This document shows positions 19,776 through 28,971 of a DNA stretch of 64,000 nucleotides, in pieces; the first letter of the stretch is position 1; each line of letters starts with the position of its first letter. Source of the stretch: an uncultured Mediterraneibacter sp. (GTDB lineage: Bacteria > Bacillota > Clostridia > Lachnospirales > Lachnospiraceae). The DNA lies in contig CALWDM010000005.1 of the NCBI GenBank assembly GCA_944376695.1, forward strand, positions 5,293-69,292. The letters run 5' to 3'. Below the pieces are notes generated by a model that did no database searches, was not told the DNA's origin, and was given only the letters and a program-made list of their open reading frames with translations. Both the position numbers and the translations under genes were made by a program.

Positions 19776-20162
19776 TTACAAATGTGTTTTATCTCTTAGA
19801 GATTTAATATAATGAGCAAAACGTTCAATTTGTTTTAACTCTTTGTCTGTGTATCCTTCACCATCAAAGTATGCGGCAATGGCAGCAGACTCTTCAGGCG
19901 CTTGGGTTTCTGCGTCATCTTTCACAGAGTTACAAATGATATCCTCTGTCTTTTCATTACTTACAGTCCATCCCATCAAATAAGCAGGGTTTACTTTGAA
20001 AAACGCTGCTATTTTTTCTATGGTTTCTGCTGTTGGCTCGGTTTTCCCGCTTTCCCAGTTAAATACCGCATTTTGGCTGACCCCCAGGTAGGCGCCGAGC
20101 TCTTTCTGGGTAACGTGCCTGGATTTTCTTAATGATTTAATTCTACCAGATATATTAGGCAT
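19776..20162 (-). CDS. Xre-family HTH repressor, phage-repressor-like
   Basis: TQKELGAYLGVSQNAVFNWESGKTEP, AYLMGW, C-terminal AAYFDGEGYTDKELKQIERFA. Confidence 0.85.
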   Translation of the reverse strand: MPNISGRIKSLRKSRHVTQKELGAYLGVSQNAVFNWESGKTEPTAETIEKIAAFFKVNPAYLMGWTVSNEKTEDIICNSVKDDAETQAPEESAAIAAYFDGEGYTDKELKQIERFAHYIKSLRDKTHL

Positions 20163-20328
20163 TTCATCATCTCCCAAACAAATAATAGCAAAATCGTGTA
20201 TAAATTGCAATGTGATATCAAAAATATAGGAAAACAGTGTTATTTCGAATTAATAAATTCATAAGAAATTCCCTCTCTCCTTTTAAAAAATCTCCCCTAT
20301 CATGTATACTGTAAGGGAGGTGATGACA

Positions 20329-21024
20329 ATGTACAATATACTCGTATGTGACGATGACAAAGAGATCGTGGAAGCGATCGATATCTATCTGACCCAGGAG
20401 GGCTATCATGTCCTGAAAGCCTACGACGGCCTGGAGGCGCTTGATATCCTGGAGCGGGAAGAGATCAGCCTTCTGATCCTGGACGTGATGATGCCGCGGA
20501 TGGACGGGATCCGCGCCACATTAAAGATCAGGGAGAAGAACAGCATTCCCATCATCATCCTCTCGGCGAAGTCCGAGGACGCGGACAAGATCCTCGGGCT
20601 GAATGTGGGGGCGGACGATTATGTGACGAAGCCGTTCAATCCGCTGGAGCTCGTAGCGAGGGTGAAATCCCAGCTCCGCAGATACAATCAGCTGGGCGGC
20701 TCTGTGAAAGAAGACAAGGACGAGATCTACGAGGCGGGCGGCCTGCGGATCAATGACGACTTAAAGGAAGTTACTGTGGACGGGGAGCCTGTGAAGCTGA
20801 CGCCCATTGAGTACAATATCCTTCTCCTGCTGATGAAGAATCAGGGGCGCGTATTCTCCATCAGCCAGATCTATGAGTCGATCTGGAATGAGGAGGCGAT
20901 CGGGGCGGACAATACGGTGGCAGTGCATATCCGCCACATCAGAGAGAAGATCGAGATCAACCCGAAAGATCCCCGGTACCTGAAGGTTGTCTGGGGCGTG
21001 GGCTACAAGATCGAGAAGATGTAA
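20329..21024 (+). CDS. OmpR-family response regulator
   Basis: ILVCDDD, LILDVMMP, GADDYVTKPFNP, VWGVGYK. Confidence 0.95.
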   Translation: MYNILVCDDDKEIVEAIDIYLTQEGYHVLKAYDGLEALDILEREEISLLILDVMMPRMDGIRATLKIREKNSIPIIILSAKSEDADKILGLNVGADDYVTKPFNPLELVARVKSQLRRYNQLGGSVKEDKDEIYEAGGLRINDDLKEVTVDGEPVKLTPIEYNILLLLMKNQGRVFSISQIYESIWNEEAIGADNTVAVHIRHIREKIEINPKDPRYLKVVWGVGYKIEKM

Positions 21025-21050
21025 GGCAGGAAAGTAAAGAAGGGAGTTTT

Positions 21051-23756
21051 ATGGGAAAATGGTACAGAAAGGCTGCCGTCAAGGCAGCTGTTTTGATCGC
21101 GGGAGTCTTAAGCGGCGCGGTATTCCTGACGTCTTTTGCCGTGGGGACCACATTCGCGGGGACGGCGGATCCGGCGAAGCTCCTGAACATGGCAAACCAG
21201 CCGTATGAAGAGTCCGAGGACTTTAAGGCGGCGGTCAGCGATTCTATGTGGCAGGTCTTCCGTATGTTCCGGCTGGAAGAACTTTTTGAGATGGACGGCG
21301 CGTACAACCCGGAGAAACCGGTAGACGTAGTGGAATATTACCGGGACGGCAGGGCGGACGGCGAATATGCGGCAGGGGTCGCCTATACCCTGGGCGACCT
21401 GCTGGAGTGGGGGGAGGACTATTCCTCTGACGCGGGCGATGACTATACAGAAAACGGCGTGATCGTCTGCCAGAGGCCGGATGGACGGTATCACTATTAT
21501 TATCTGGAGGAGTTCCTGGCGCTCTTCGGAGCGGGAGAACTGAGGATGGAATTTGCCGACGCCTATATGAACCAGGAGATCTATCTCCAGGGACTGGAGA
21601 ATGGCATGTATGAATCTTCCGGGGCTTCCGGCGGGATGAAGATCCTCGGGAGTGACGGGAGCACGGTGTACACAGACTGCTGGAACTTCGGGCAGAGCCT
21701 GCGCGAGCAGTTCGCTCCTGTGGGGGCGGAAAACCTGCTCCAGCTGGTCAATGGGTCTGAAGATCTGAACGGGAGGCTGTCCGCTGTGTATGAGGCTCTC
21801 GAAATGACTCTGGGGACGATCTATGATGAATTTTCTGCGTATCAGTACGGATGGGACCATCTGGAAGAGGGGAATACAAACCTTACGTATCTGTATATCA
21901 ATACGGATACGAAAAGAGTGGAGACAAACAAGAGTGAGTACAGGGAATATGAGGAGGCAGAGAAAAATCTGGAAGCGATGAAATCCGGGGACTATGTGAA
22001 GTATATGTTTGTCTATCCGAAGCTGAAAGATTTTGAGACCAATATGAACGTATCCGCATCGGGAGAATGGGAAGCGGTGAAAAGCCAGGAGACGGGCCGG
22101 GATTCGGGCATTATCTTCGCGGCTTCGGTAGACACGTCCTATCCGATCCGGGATCAGTTCTATGAAGGCAGGGAGATCTACGATCAGAATGTTCCTTACC
22201 TGCGGTATTCTGTGGCAGGATTTTTCGCGGGCGGGATCCTTCTGCTCATCTCTGCGGTGTGGCTCGCGGCAGCGGCGGGGAAACGGCCCGGGGATGAGGA
22301 AGTCCACCTTAACGCGTTTGACCGGTGGAAGACCGAGCTGGGGGCTGCGGCTGTGGTTCTTGTCTGGGCCTGCGTGACATGGCTCGCCGCAGGCAGAGGC
22401 TATGTGGGGGACAGCTGGGGAGAACCATACTATGTCGACAGCTATTATAACCTGGCGACAGGGACAGAGCCGCAGGCCTATTCCGCTATATTTACCCGGG
22501 AAGTGGGGATGGCGGATGTGCTCACGGTCTTTTTGTACGGAGCATTTAGCTTCCTGTGTTTCTTCTGGGGCTATACAAGTCTGGTCAGGAGGATCCGGGC
22601 AAAATCGCTGTGGAAGGGAAGCCTGCTTCTCGCTGTGATCCGGTTTTCGGAACGGGCAGCCCGCGCGGGCACTGTGACCGTGAGGGCGGGACTCCTGTTT
22701 GGGGGATTCCTCTACGTCCAGTGGCTGGCCATCCTGGTGCGCTCCGGTCCGACTGTGCTGCTGGCGCTGGCGGCTGCACTCGCGGCAGTCTGGTTCGTCC
22801 TGAGCAGCGCGATGGCAAAGAACCGGATCCGGAAAGGGATCGAGGCGATCGCCGGCGGCAGTCTGGAGCACCGCATCGATCTTACAGGCCTGCGGGGAGC
22901 AGACCGGGAACTGGCGGAGAAAGTCAACGATATCGGAAGCGGGCTGAACCGGGCGGTGGACGAGGCGATGCGCAACGAGCGTCTGAAGACAGACCTGATC
23001 ACCAATGTATCCCACGATATCAAGACGCCGCTTACGTCTATTATTAATTATGTAGATATCCTGAAGCGGTCAGACATTGCGGATGAGAAGATCCGGGGCT
23101 ATCTGGATATCCTGGAGGCAAAGGCACAGCGCCTCAAGACGCTGACCGAGGATGTGGTCGAAGCGTCTAAGGTAAGCAGCGGAAATATCACCCTGGAATA
23201 TATGAATGTGGACTTAAGAGAGCTTGTCCGTCAGACAGAGGGAGAGATGGCGGAGAAATTCGCCGCACGGAACCTGACCGTGGTGCTGAATATGCCGGAA
23301 GAGCCGGCAGTCATCTACGTGGACGGACGGCGTATGTGGCGCGTGCTGGAAAATATCTTCGGCAATGCGGCGAAATACGCGATGCCCGGGACAAGGGTGT
23401 ACGCGGATCTGACCCTGGGCGCAGAACAGGTGGAATTCTCCCTGAAAAATGTATCCGAGCAGCAGCTTAATTTCTCGGCGGATGAGCTAACGGAGAGGTT
23501 TATCCGGGGCGACCTGTCCAGGAGCACGGAAGGCAGCGGGCTGGGGCTGTCCATTGCCAAGAGCCTGACTGACATGCAGGGCGGCGAGTTCGAACTGTAT
23601 CTGGACGGGGATCTGTTCCGGGTGAATATAAGGTTCCCGAAGGCGCATAAAGCGGCGAATACAGCGACGCATACAGAGGCACATAAAGGACAGAGTGATG
23701 GACAGAGCGATGGACAGGAGCATGGACAGGAGGATGCGAAAAAAAGCTTGAATTAG
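21051..23756 (+). CDS. Membrane sensor histidine kinase with a large extracytoplasmic domain
   Basis: NVSHDIKTPLTSII (H box), ENIFGNAAKYA, RGDLSRSTEGSGLGLSIA. Confidence 0.93.
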   Translation: MGKWYRKAAVKAAVLIAGVLSGAVFLTSFAVGTTFAGTADPAKLLNMANQPYEESEDFKAAVSDSMWQVFRMFRLEELFEMDGAYNPEKPVDVVEYYRDGRADGEYAAGVAYTLGDLLEWGEDYSSDAGDDYTENGVIVCQRPDGRYHYYYLEEFLALFGAGELRMEFADAYMNQEIYLQGLENGMYESSGASGGMKILGSDGSTVYTDCWNFGQSLREQFAPVGAENLLQLVNGSEDLNGRLSAVYEALEMTLGTIYDEFSAYQYGWDHLEEGNTNLTYLYINTDTKRVETNKSEYREYEEAEKNLEAMKSGDYVKYMFVYPKLKDFETNMNVSASGEWEAVKSQETGRDSGIIFAASVDTSYPIRDQFYEGREIYDQNVPYLRYSVAGFFAGGILLLISAVWLAAAAGKRPGDEEVHLNAFDRWKTELGAAAVVLVWACVTWLAAGRGYVGDSWGEPYYVDSYYNLATGTEPQAYSAIFTREVGMADVLTVFLYGAFSFLCFFWGYTSLVRRIRAKSLWKGSLLLAVIRFSERAARAGTVTVRAGLLFGGFLYVQWLAILVRSGPTVLLALAAALAAVWFVLSSAMAKNRIRKGIEAIAGGSLEHRIDLTGLRGADRELAEKVNDIGSGLNRAVDEAMRNERLKTDLITNVSHDIKTPLTSIINYVDILKRSDIADEKIRGYLDILEAKAQRLKTLTEDVVEASKVSSGNITLEYMNVDLRELVRQTEGEMAEKFAARNLTVVLNMPEEPAVIYVDGRRMWRVLENIFGNAAKYAMPGTRVYADLTLGAEQVEFSLKNVSEQQLNFSADELTERFIRGDLSRSTEGSGLGLSIAKSLTDMQGGEFELYLDGDLFRVNIRFPKAHKAANTATHTEAHKGQSDGQSDGQEHGQEDAKKSLN
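23688..23735 (+). repeat. 4 x 12-bp in-frame tandem repeat in the kinase tail
   Basis: ggacagagtgat ggacagagcgat ggacaggagcat ggacaggaggat (GQSD GQSD GQEH GQED). Confidence 0.8.
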
Positions 23757-23969
23757 GAGATTTTCTGTGGTACCATACCCAATGTATGGAAAGCAGATAT
23801 TTGGTACGTTCTCCATGCAAATATTTTACGCAGCGCGAGGCTGCATTATTGATTGAGTTAGAAGCTCAAATTTTATAAGTTGGTTACTTTATAACCCTGG
23901 TGTGCATGTACGCATACGCAACTTGTGAAACGGTCAATAAGAGTAGTAAAAGTAAAAATATTTGCTATA

Positions 23970-24123
23970 TAGACTCTACGTCCAATATCTGTCAGAACTG
24001 AATAAGTGGAATACCGGCGCTGGCCCCGGACAGCGGGCGGCGATACGGTATAGGTTGCAGTATAGATATAGGAAGAAGACAGGACACAGGCTGAGTGCGG
24101 AGCGCGCTTGAGCCTGTGTTTTC
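23970..24123 (+). ncRNA. Structured cis-regulatory leader RNA of the polyamine operon (candidate ldcC-type motif) ending in a terminator
   Basis: Nested pairings atatct/agatat, actg/cagt, ataccg/cggtat, cgctg/cagcg, then a gacacaggct/agcctgtgtt hairpin plus T-tract before the RBS. Confidence 0.55.
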
Positions 24124-24162
24124 GTATGCAGGAAAGAAGTTTGGGAAAAGAGGGCAGATCAT

Positions 24163-25611
24163 ATGGGAAATTTATCACAGACGAGAGCGCCGATCTACGA
24201 GGCGCTGGAGCGGTTCAGGAGAAACAGAGTCGTGCCGTTTGACGTGCCGGGTCATAAGCACGGGAGAGGAAATCCGGAGCTGGTCGAACTGCTGGGCGAG
24301 AGGTGCGTCAGCATTGACGTCAACTCCATGAAGCCCCTGGATAACCTCTGCCATCCGGTGTCCGTAATCAAGGAAGCAGAAGAACTGGCGGCGGAAGCGT
24401 TTGGCGCGGATCATGCCTTCCTCATGGTAGGCGGCACGACCTCCGCGGTGCAGACGATGGTGCTGGCGTGCTGCAAGAAAGGCGATAAGATCATCCTGCC
24501 GAGGAATGTCCACCGCAGCGTGATCAATGCAATGGTGCTCTGCGGGGCAAAGCCCATCTATGTGAACCCGGATGTGGATCAGGCTCTGGGTATCTCTCTC
24601 GGCATGAAGCGCGCGGACGTGGAGACGGCGATCAGGGAGAATCCGGATGCAGTAGCAGTGTTTGTCAATAATCCGACGTATTACGGCATCTGCTCTGACC
24701 TGAAAGCGATCGTGAAGATGGCCCATGAAAAAGGGATGAAGGTACTGGCGGATGAAGCCCACGGCACCCATTTTTATTTCGGCAGGGACCTGCCGGTCTC
24801 CGCGATGGAAGCAGGGGCGGATATTGCGTCTGTGAGTATGCATAAATCAGGGGGGAGCCTGACCCAGAGCTCCTTCCTCCTGACCGGGAAAAACATGAAT
24901 CCCGGTTATATCCGGCAGATCATCAACCTGACCCAGACGACCAGCGCGTCCTATCTGCTGCTCTCCAGCCTGGATATCTCCAGGCGGAACCTGGCGCTCA
25001 GGGGAGAAGCGTCATTTAAAATGGTGACTGACCTGGCGGAATACGCGAGGGAAGAGATCAATAAGATTGGCGATTACTATGCGTTCGGCCGGGAGATGGT
25101 CAACGGGGACAGCATCTATGATTTCGATCCCACGAAGCTGTCCATCCACACTCTGGATATCGGCCTGGCGGGGATCGAGGTGTATGACATCTTAAGGGAT
25201 GAGTATGATATCCAGATCGAGTTCGGCGACCTGGGAAATATCCTTGCCTACCTGTCTATCGGGGACCGCATCCGCGAGGTGGAGCGGCTCGTGACCGCGC
25301 TGGCGGATCTGAGGCGGCGGTACAAGAAGGATAAGGCGGGGATGCTCTCCCAGGAATATATCGCCCCGAACGTGGTCATGACCCCGCAGGATTCCTTCTA
25401 TGCGGAGAAGGAATCACTTCCCCTTAAGGAGACGAAAGGCCGGATCTGCTCGGAGTTCGTCATGTGCTATCCGCCGGGGATCCCGGTGCTGGCGCCGGGG
25501 GAAGAGGTCACGGACGAGATCATCGATTATATCGTGTATGCGAAGGAGAAAGGATGTTCCATGACAGGGCCGGAGGATGAAAAGATCGAGCGGCTGAATG
25601 TGCTTGTGTGA
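24163..25611 (+). CDS. speA: Arginine (Orn/Lys/Arg family) decarboxylase
   Basis: FDVPGHKHG, DEAHG, SMHKSGGSLTQ PLP lysine, TTSASYLL, YPPGIP; clustered with speB/speE. Confidence 0.88.
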   Translation: MGNLSQTRAPIYEALERFRRNRVVPFDVPGHKHGRGNPELVELLGERCVSIDVNSMKPLDNLCHPVSVIKEAEELAAEAFGADHAFLMVGGTTSAVQTMVLACCKKGDKIILPRNVHRSVINAMVLCGAKPIYVNPDVDQALGISLGMKRADVETAIRENPDAVAVFVNNPTYYGICSDLKAIVKMAHEKGMKVLADEAHGTHFYFGRDLPVSAMEAGADIASVSMHKSGGSLTQSSFLLTGKNMNPGYIRQIINLTQTTSASYLLLSSLDISRRNLALRGEASFKMVTDLAEYAREEINKIGDYYAFGREMVNGDSIYDFDPTKLSIHTLDIGLAGIEVYDILRDEYDIQIEFGDLGNILAYLSIGDRIREVERLVTALADLRRRYKKDKAGMLSQEYIAPNVVMTPQDSFYAEKESLPLKETKGRICSEFVMCYPPGIPVLAPGEEVTDEIIDYIVYAKEKGCSMTGPEDEKIERLNVLV

Positions 25612-25628
25612 AAGGAGAAATATGTCCC

Positions 25629-26483
25629 ATGGAAATGTGGTTTTCAGACATACATACGGACGGGGTGAAGCTGTCCATACGCATTGAAGAGCAGCTTTTC
25701 AGCGCCCAGAGCGAGGTGCAGAGGATCGATGTGCTGGAGTCGAAAGATTTTGGGAAGATCCTTGTCGTGGACGGGGATCTGATGCTGACAGAGCGGGATG
25801 AGTTCATCTACCACGAGATGATTACCCACGTGCCAATGGCAGTGCACCCGGATGTAAAGGAAGTGCTTGTCGTGGGCGGGGGAGACGGCGGCGTGGTCCG
25901 GGAGCTGATCAAGTATGACGACATCGAGAAGATCGATGTGGTGGAGCCGGACCCTCTGCTCGTGGAGGTATGCCGGAAATATATCCCCGAGATTGCCAAC
26001 AGCCTGACAGACGAGAGGGTCAATATCTACCACGAGGACGGATTAAGGTTTATCCGCTCCAAAGGGGATGCATATGACCTGATCATCATTGACTCGCCGA
26101 ATCCGTTCGGCGCGGGCGAAGGGCTGTTCACGAAAGAGTTTTACGGCAACTGCTACAATGCGCTCCACGGGGACGGGATCATGATCAACCAGAATGAGAG
26201 CCCCTTCTATACAGAGGAGGCGTTCCAGTGTCAGAGGATGCACAAGCGGATCGTGGAGACCTTCCCCATCTGCCGGGTTTACCAGGCGCATATCCCGTCC
26301 TACCCGTCGGGACACTGGCTGTTCGGGTTCGCGTCGAAGAAGTACCATCCACTGAACGATCTGGATAAGGTGGCGTGGAAATTAAAAGGCATCCGCACGA
26401 AATATTATGAGCCGAGGCTGCACGCGGGCGTGTTCGCGCTCCCGGCGTATGTGGAAGAGCTGCTGGAGGATGTGGAGAGATGA
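25629..26483 (+). CDS. speE: Polyamine aminopropyltransferase (spermidine synthase)
   Basis: VLVVGGGDGGVVREL, EFIYHEMITH, YDLIIIDSPNP. Confidence 0.92.
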   Translation: MEMWFSDIHTDGVKLSIRIEEQLFSAQSEVQRIDVLESKDFGKILVVDGDLMLTERDEFIYHEMITHVPMAVHPDVKEVLVVGGGDGGVVRELIKYDDIEKIDVVEPDPLLVEVCRKYIPEIANSLTDERVNIYHEDGLRFIRSKGDAYDLIIIDSPNPFGAGEGLFTKEFYGNCYNALHGDGIMINQNESPFYTEEAFQCQRMHKRIVETFPICRVYQAHIPSYPSGHWLFGFASKKYHPLNDLDKVAWKLKGIRTKYYEPRLHAGVFALPAYVEELLEDVER

Positions 26484-26544
26484 GCGTGGCTAAGAGAGAT
26501 GGTAAGGGGAGAGAGGGGAAAGAGAGATGACTAAGGGAGAGAGA

Positions 26545-27414
26545 ATGCAGAAGAATATTGTAAATTTTATCGGCTGCGATGCGGGGTACGATGAGGCAGA
26601 TGTGGTGATCTTCGGAGCGCCCTTTGATTCAACGACGTCCTTCCGGCCGGGGACCCGTTTCGCCGGAGCGGCCATACGGGGGGATTCCTATGGGCTGGAG
26701 ATATACAGCCCGTATCAGGATAAAGAGCTGACCGGGGGCAGGGTGTATGACCTCGGCGATCTGGAGCTGGCGATCGGGAGCTCAGAGCGGGTGCTGGAAC
26801 AGATCGAAGCGTGTGCGGACGGAATATTTGCGGTTGGGAAGCTGCCGTTTATGATCGGCGGCGAGCACCTGGTCACGCTGGGCAGCGTGCGCGCGGCTGT
26901 AAAGAAATACCCGGATATGCACATCCTGCACTTTGACGCGCATACAGACCTGCGGGAAGACTATCTGGGAGTAGAGCTGTCCCATGCGTGCGTGATCCGG
27001 CGGTGCTGGGAGCTGCTCGGCGACGGGCGTATCCACCAGTTCGGCATCCGGTCCGGCGAAAAATACGAGTTTGAATGGGCGAAAAGCGGGCATACGGATT
27101 TCCATCCGTTCAGCCTGGAAGGGCTGGGAGATGTCCTGGCGGAACTGGGAGATACGCCGGTGTACTTTACGGTAGACCTGGATGTGATAGATCCGTCTGT
27201 ATTTCCGGGGACAGGGACGCCTGAGCCGGGCGGAGTGGATTTTCTCACCGCGATGCGGGCGGTGACGGAAGTGTGTGAAAAAGTGAATCTGATCGGCTGT
27301 GATGTAAATGAACTCTGCCCGCCCTGCGACCCGACCGGGGCGTCCACAGCGGCAGCGTGCAAGATCATCAGGGAGATGCTGATCGCGGTCGTGAATCGGG
27401 ATCGTGAGCCGTAA
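26545..27414 (+). CDS. speB: Agmatinase
   Basis: GGEHLVT, HFDAHTDLR, DLDVIDPSVFPGTGTPEPGG. Confidence 0.93.
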   Translation: MQKNIVNFIGCDAGYDEADVVIFGAPFDSTTSFRPGTRFAGAAIRGDSYGLEIYSPYQDKELTGGRVYDLGDLELAIGSSERVLEQIEACADGIFAVGKLPFMIGGEHLVTLGSVRAAVKKYPDMHILHFDAHTDLREDYLGVELSHACVIRRCWELLGDGRIHQFGIRSGEKYEFEWAKSGHTDFHPFSLEGLGDVLAELGDTPVYFTVDLDVIDPSVFPGTGTPEPGGVDFLTAMRAVTEVCEKVNLIGCDVNELCPPCDPTGASTAAACKIIREMLIAVVNRDREP

Positions 27415-27525
27415 GCGCGGGCGGACGGCGAGGCCTGGGACAGAGGAGAGAAACAGAAATATTGCCAATTAGAAAACAGGGAGAAATAGTTCCCGGAGAC
27501 AGACCGGGCAGAGAGGAGATTAAAA

Positions 27526-28728
27526 ATGGGAAAAGTAATGGTGATCGGCTGCGGAGGAGTAGCCAGTGTGGCGATCCACAAGATCTGCCAGAATGACGAA
27601 GTATTTACGGAGCTGTGCATTGCCAGCAGGACAGTGTCAAAGTGCGACGCGCTTAAGGAGAAGCTGGAGGGGACGACAAAGACGAAGATCACGACCGCGC
27701 AGGTGGATGCGGATGATGTAGACGCGCTGACAGCTCTGATCAAAAAGGAAAAGCCGGAAGTGGTGCTCAACCTGGCGCTGCCGTATCAGGACCTTACGAT
27801 CATGGATGCGTGTCTGGCAGCAGGCGTCCACTATATTGACACAGCGAATTATGAGCCGGAAGATACGGCGAAGTTTGAGTATAAATGGCAGTGGGCGTAC
27901 CGGGAGAAGTTTGAGAAAGCAGGGCTGACCGCCCTTCTGGGAAGCGGTTTTGATCCGGGAGTGACAAGCGTGTTCTCCGCCTATGCGCTGAAACATTATT
28001 TTTATGAGATAAACTATATTGATATCCTGGACTGCAATGCAGGGGATCACGGCTATCCGTTCGCCACGAACTTTAATCCGGAGATCAATATCCGCGAAGT
28101 GTCCGCGAAAGGCTCCTACTGGGAGGATGGGCGCTGGGTAGAGACAGAGCCCATGGAGATCAAGAGAGTGTACAATTTCCCGGAGATCGGAGAAAAGGAT
28201 ATGTACCTGCTCCACCACGAGGAGATCGAATCCCTGGCGCTGAATATACCGGGGATTAAACGCATCCGCTTCTTCATGACATTCGGCGAAAGCTACCTGA
28301 ACCATTTAAGATGTCTGGAAGATGTAGGGATGACTTCCATAGAGCCCATTATGTACGAGGGGAGAGAGATCGTGCCGCTTCAGTTCTTAAAGGCAGTGCT
28401 GCCGGATCCGTCTTCACTGGGGCCGCGCACGAAGGGAAAGACAAATATCGGCTGTATCTTCATCGGGAAAAAAGACGGGCAGGAGAAGAAACTTTACATA
28501 TATAATACATGCGACCACCAGGAATGCTATAAGGAAGTCGGCTCCCAGGCAGTCGCCTATACGACCGGAGTACCGGCGATGATCGGGGCAATGATGGTGA
28601 TGACCGGGACATGGCAGAAACCGGGAGTGTATAATATGGAAGAATTCGATCCCGATCCGTTCATGGACGCGCTCAATAAATGGGGGCTGCCGTGGAAGAT
28701 CAGCGAGGATCCGGAGCTGGTAGAGTAA
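27526..28728 (+). CDS. Carboxy(nor)spermidine dehydrogenase (saccharopine dehydrogenase family)
   Basis: VMVIGCGGVA, HYIDTANYE, GSGFDPGVT, TNFNPEINIRE; adjacent to nspC. Confidence 0.9.
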   Translation: MGKVMVIGCGGVASVAIHKICQNDEVFTELCIASRTVSKCDALKEKLEGTTKTKITTAQVDADDVDALTALIKKEKPEVVLNLALPYQDLTIMDACLAAGVHYIDTANYEPEDTAKFEYKWQWAYREKFEKAGLTALLGSGFDPGVTSVFSAYALKHYFYEINYIDILDCNAGDHGYPFATNFNPEINIREVSAKGSYWEDGRWVETEPMEIKRVYNFPEIGEKDMYLLHHEEIESLALNIPGIKRIRFFMTFGESYLNHLRCLEDVGMTSIEPIMYEGREIVPLQFLKAVLPDPSSLGPRTKGKTNIGCIFIGKKDGQEKKLYIYNTCDHQECYKEVGSQAVAYTTGVPAMIGAMMVMTGTWQKPGVYNMEEFDPDPFMDALNKWGLPWKISEDPELVE

Positions 28729-28730
28729 AT

Positions 28731-28892
28731 CCGGCTGAGGGAGGGCGGACCGGCTGTATATTCTCATCGCAGGCGCGCTCGCGCTCGGGCCGGAACGCAG
28801 CGGTACGTAGGATCGCAAAAGACGCGATCCAAGTGCCGGCGTTCCTCTACGGCCTTTGATGAGAACATACAGCCGGTCCGCTTCGCAGCCGG
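28731..28892. repeat. Intergenic element with about 35-bp imperfect terminal inverted repeats (MITE/REP-like)
   Basis: ccggctg..gcggaccggctgtatattctcatc at 28731-28768 vs gatgagaacatacagccggtccgcttcgcagccgg at 28858-28892; internal hairpin ggatcgc/gcgatcc. Confidence 0.7.
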
Positions 28893-28971
28893 AAATTTAA
28901 GCGGAAAACAGGTTGGAAATAAAAATAGATTTCTGTGATAGAGATTAGGGTGATATGGCAGGTCATTTATT

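Noticed and set aside
21108-23015. 635-aa minus-strand ORF antisense to the histidine kinase
   Set aside because: Antisense shadow with Pro/Arg/His-rich nonsense composition
23688-23735. Tandem repeat as a possible CRISPR or mobile-element signature
   Set aside because: In-frame low-complexity protein tail with no unique spacers
26492-26544. Duplicated purine-rich aagagagatg..taaggg.agagag segment before speB
   Set aside because: Looks like a simple local duplication of the RBS region; no evidence of function
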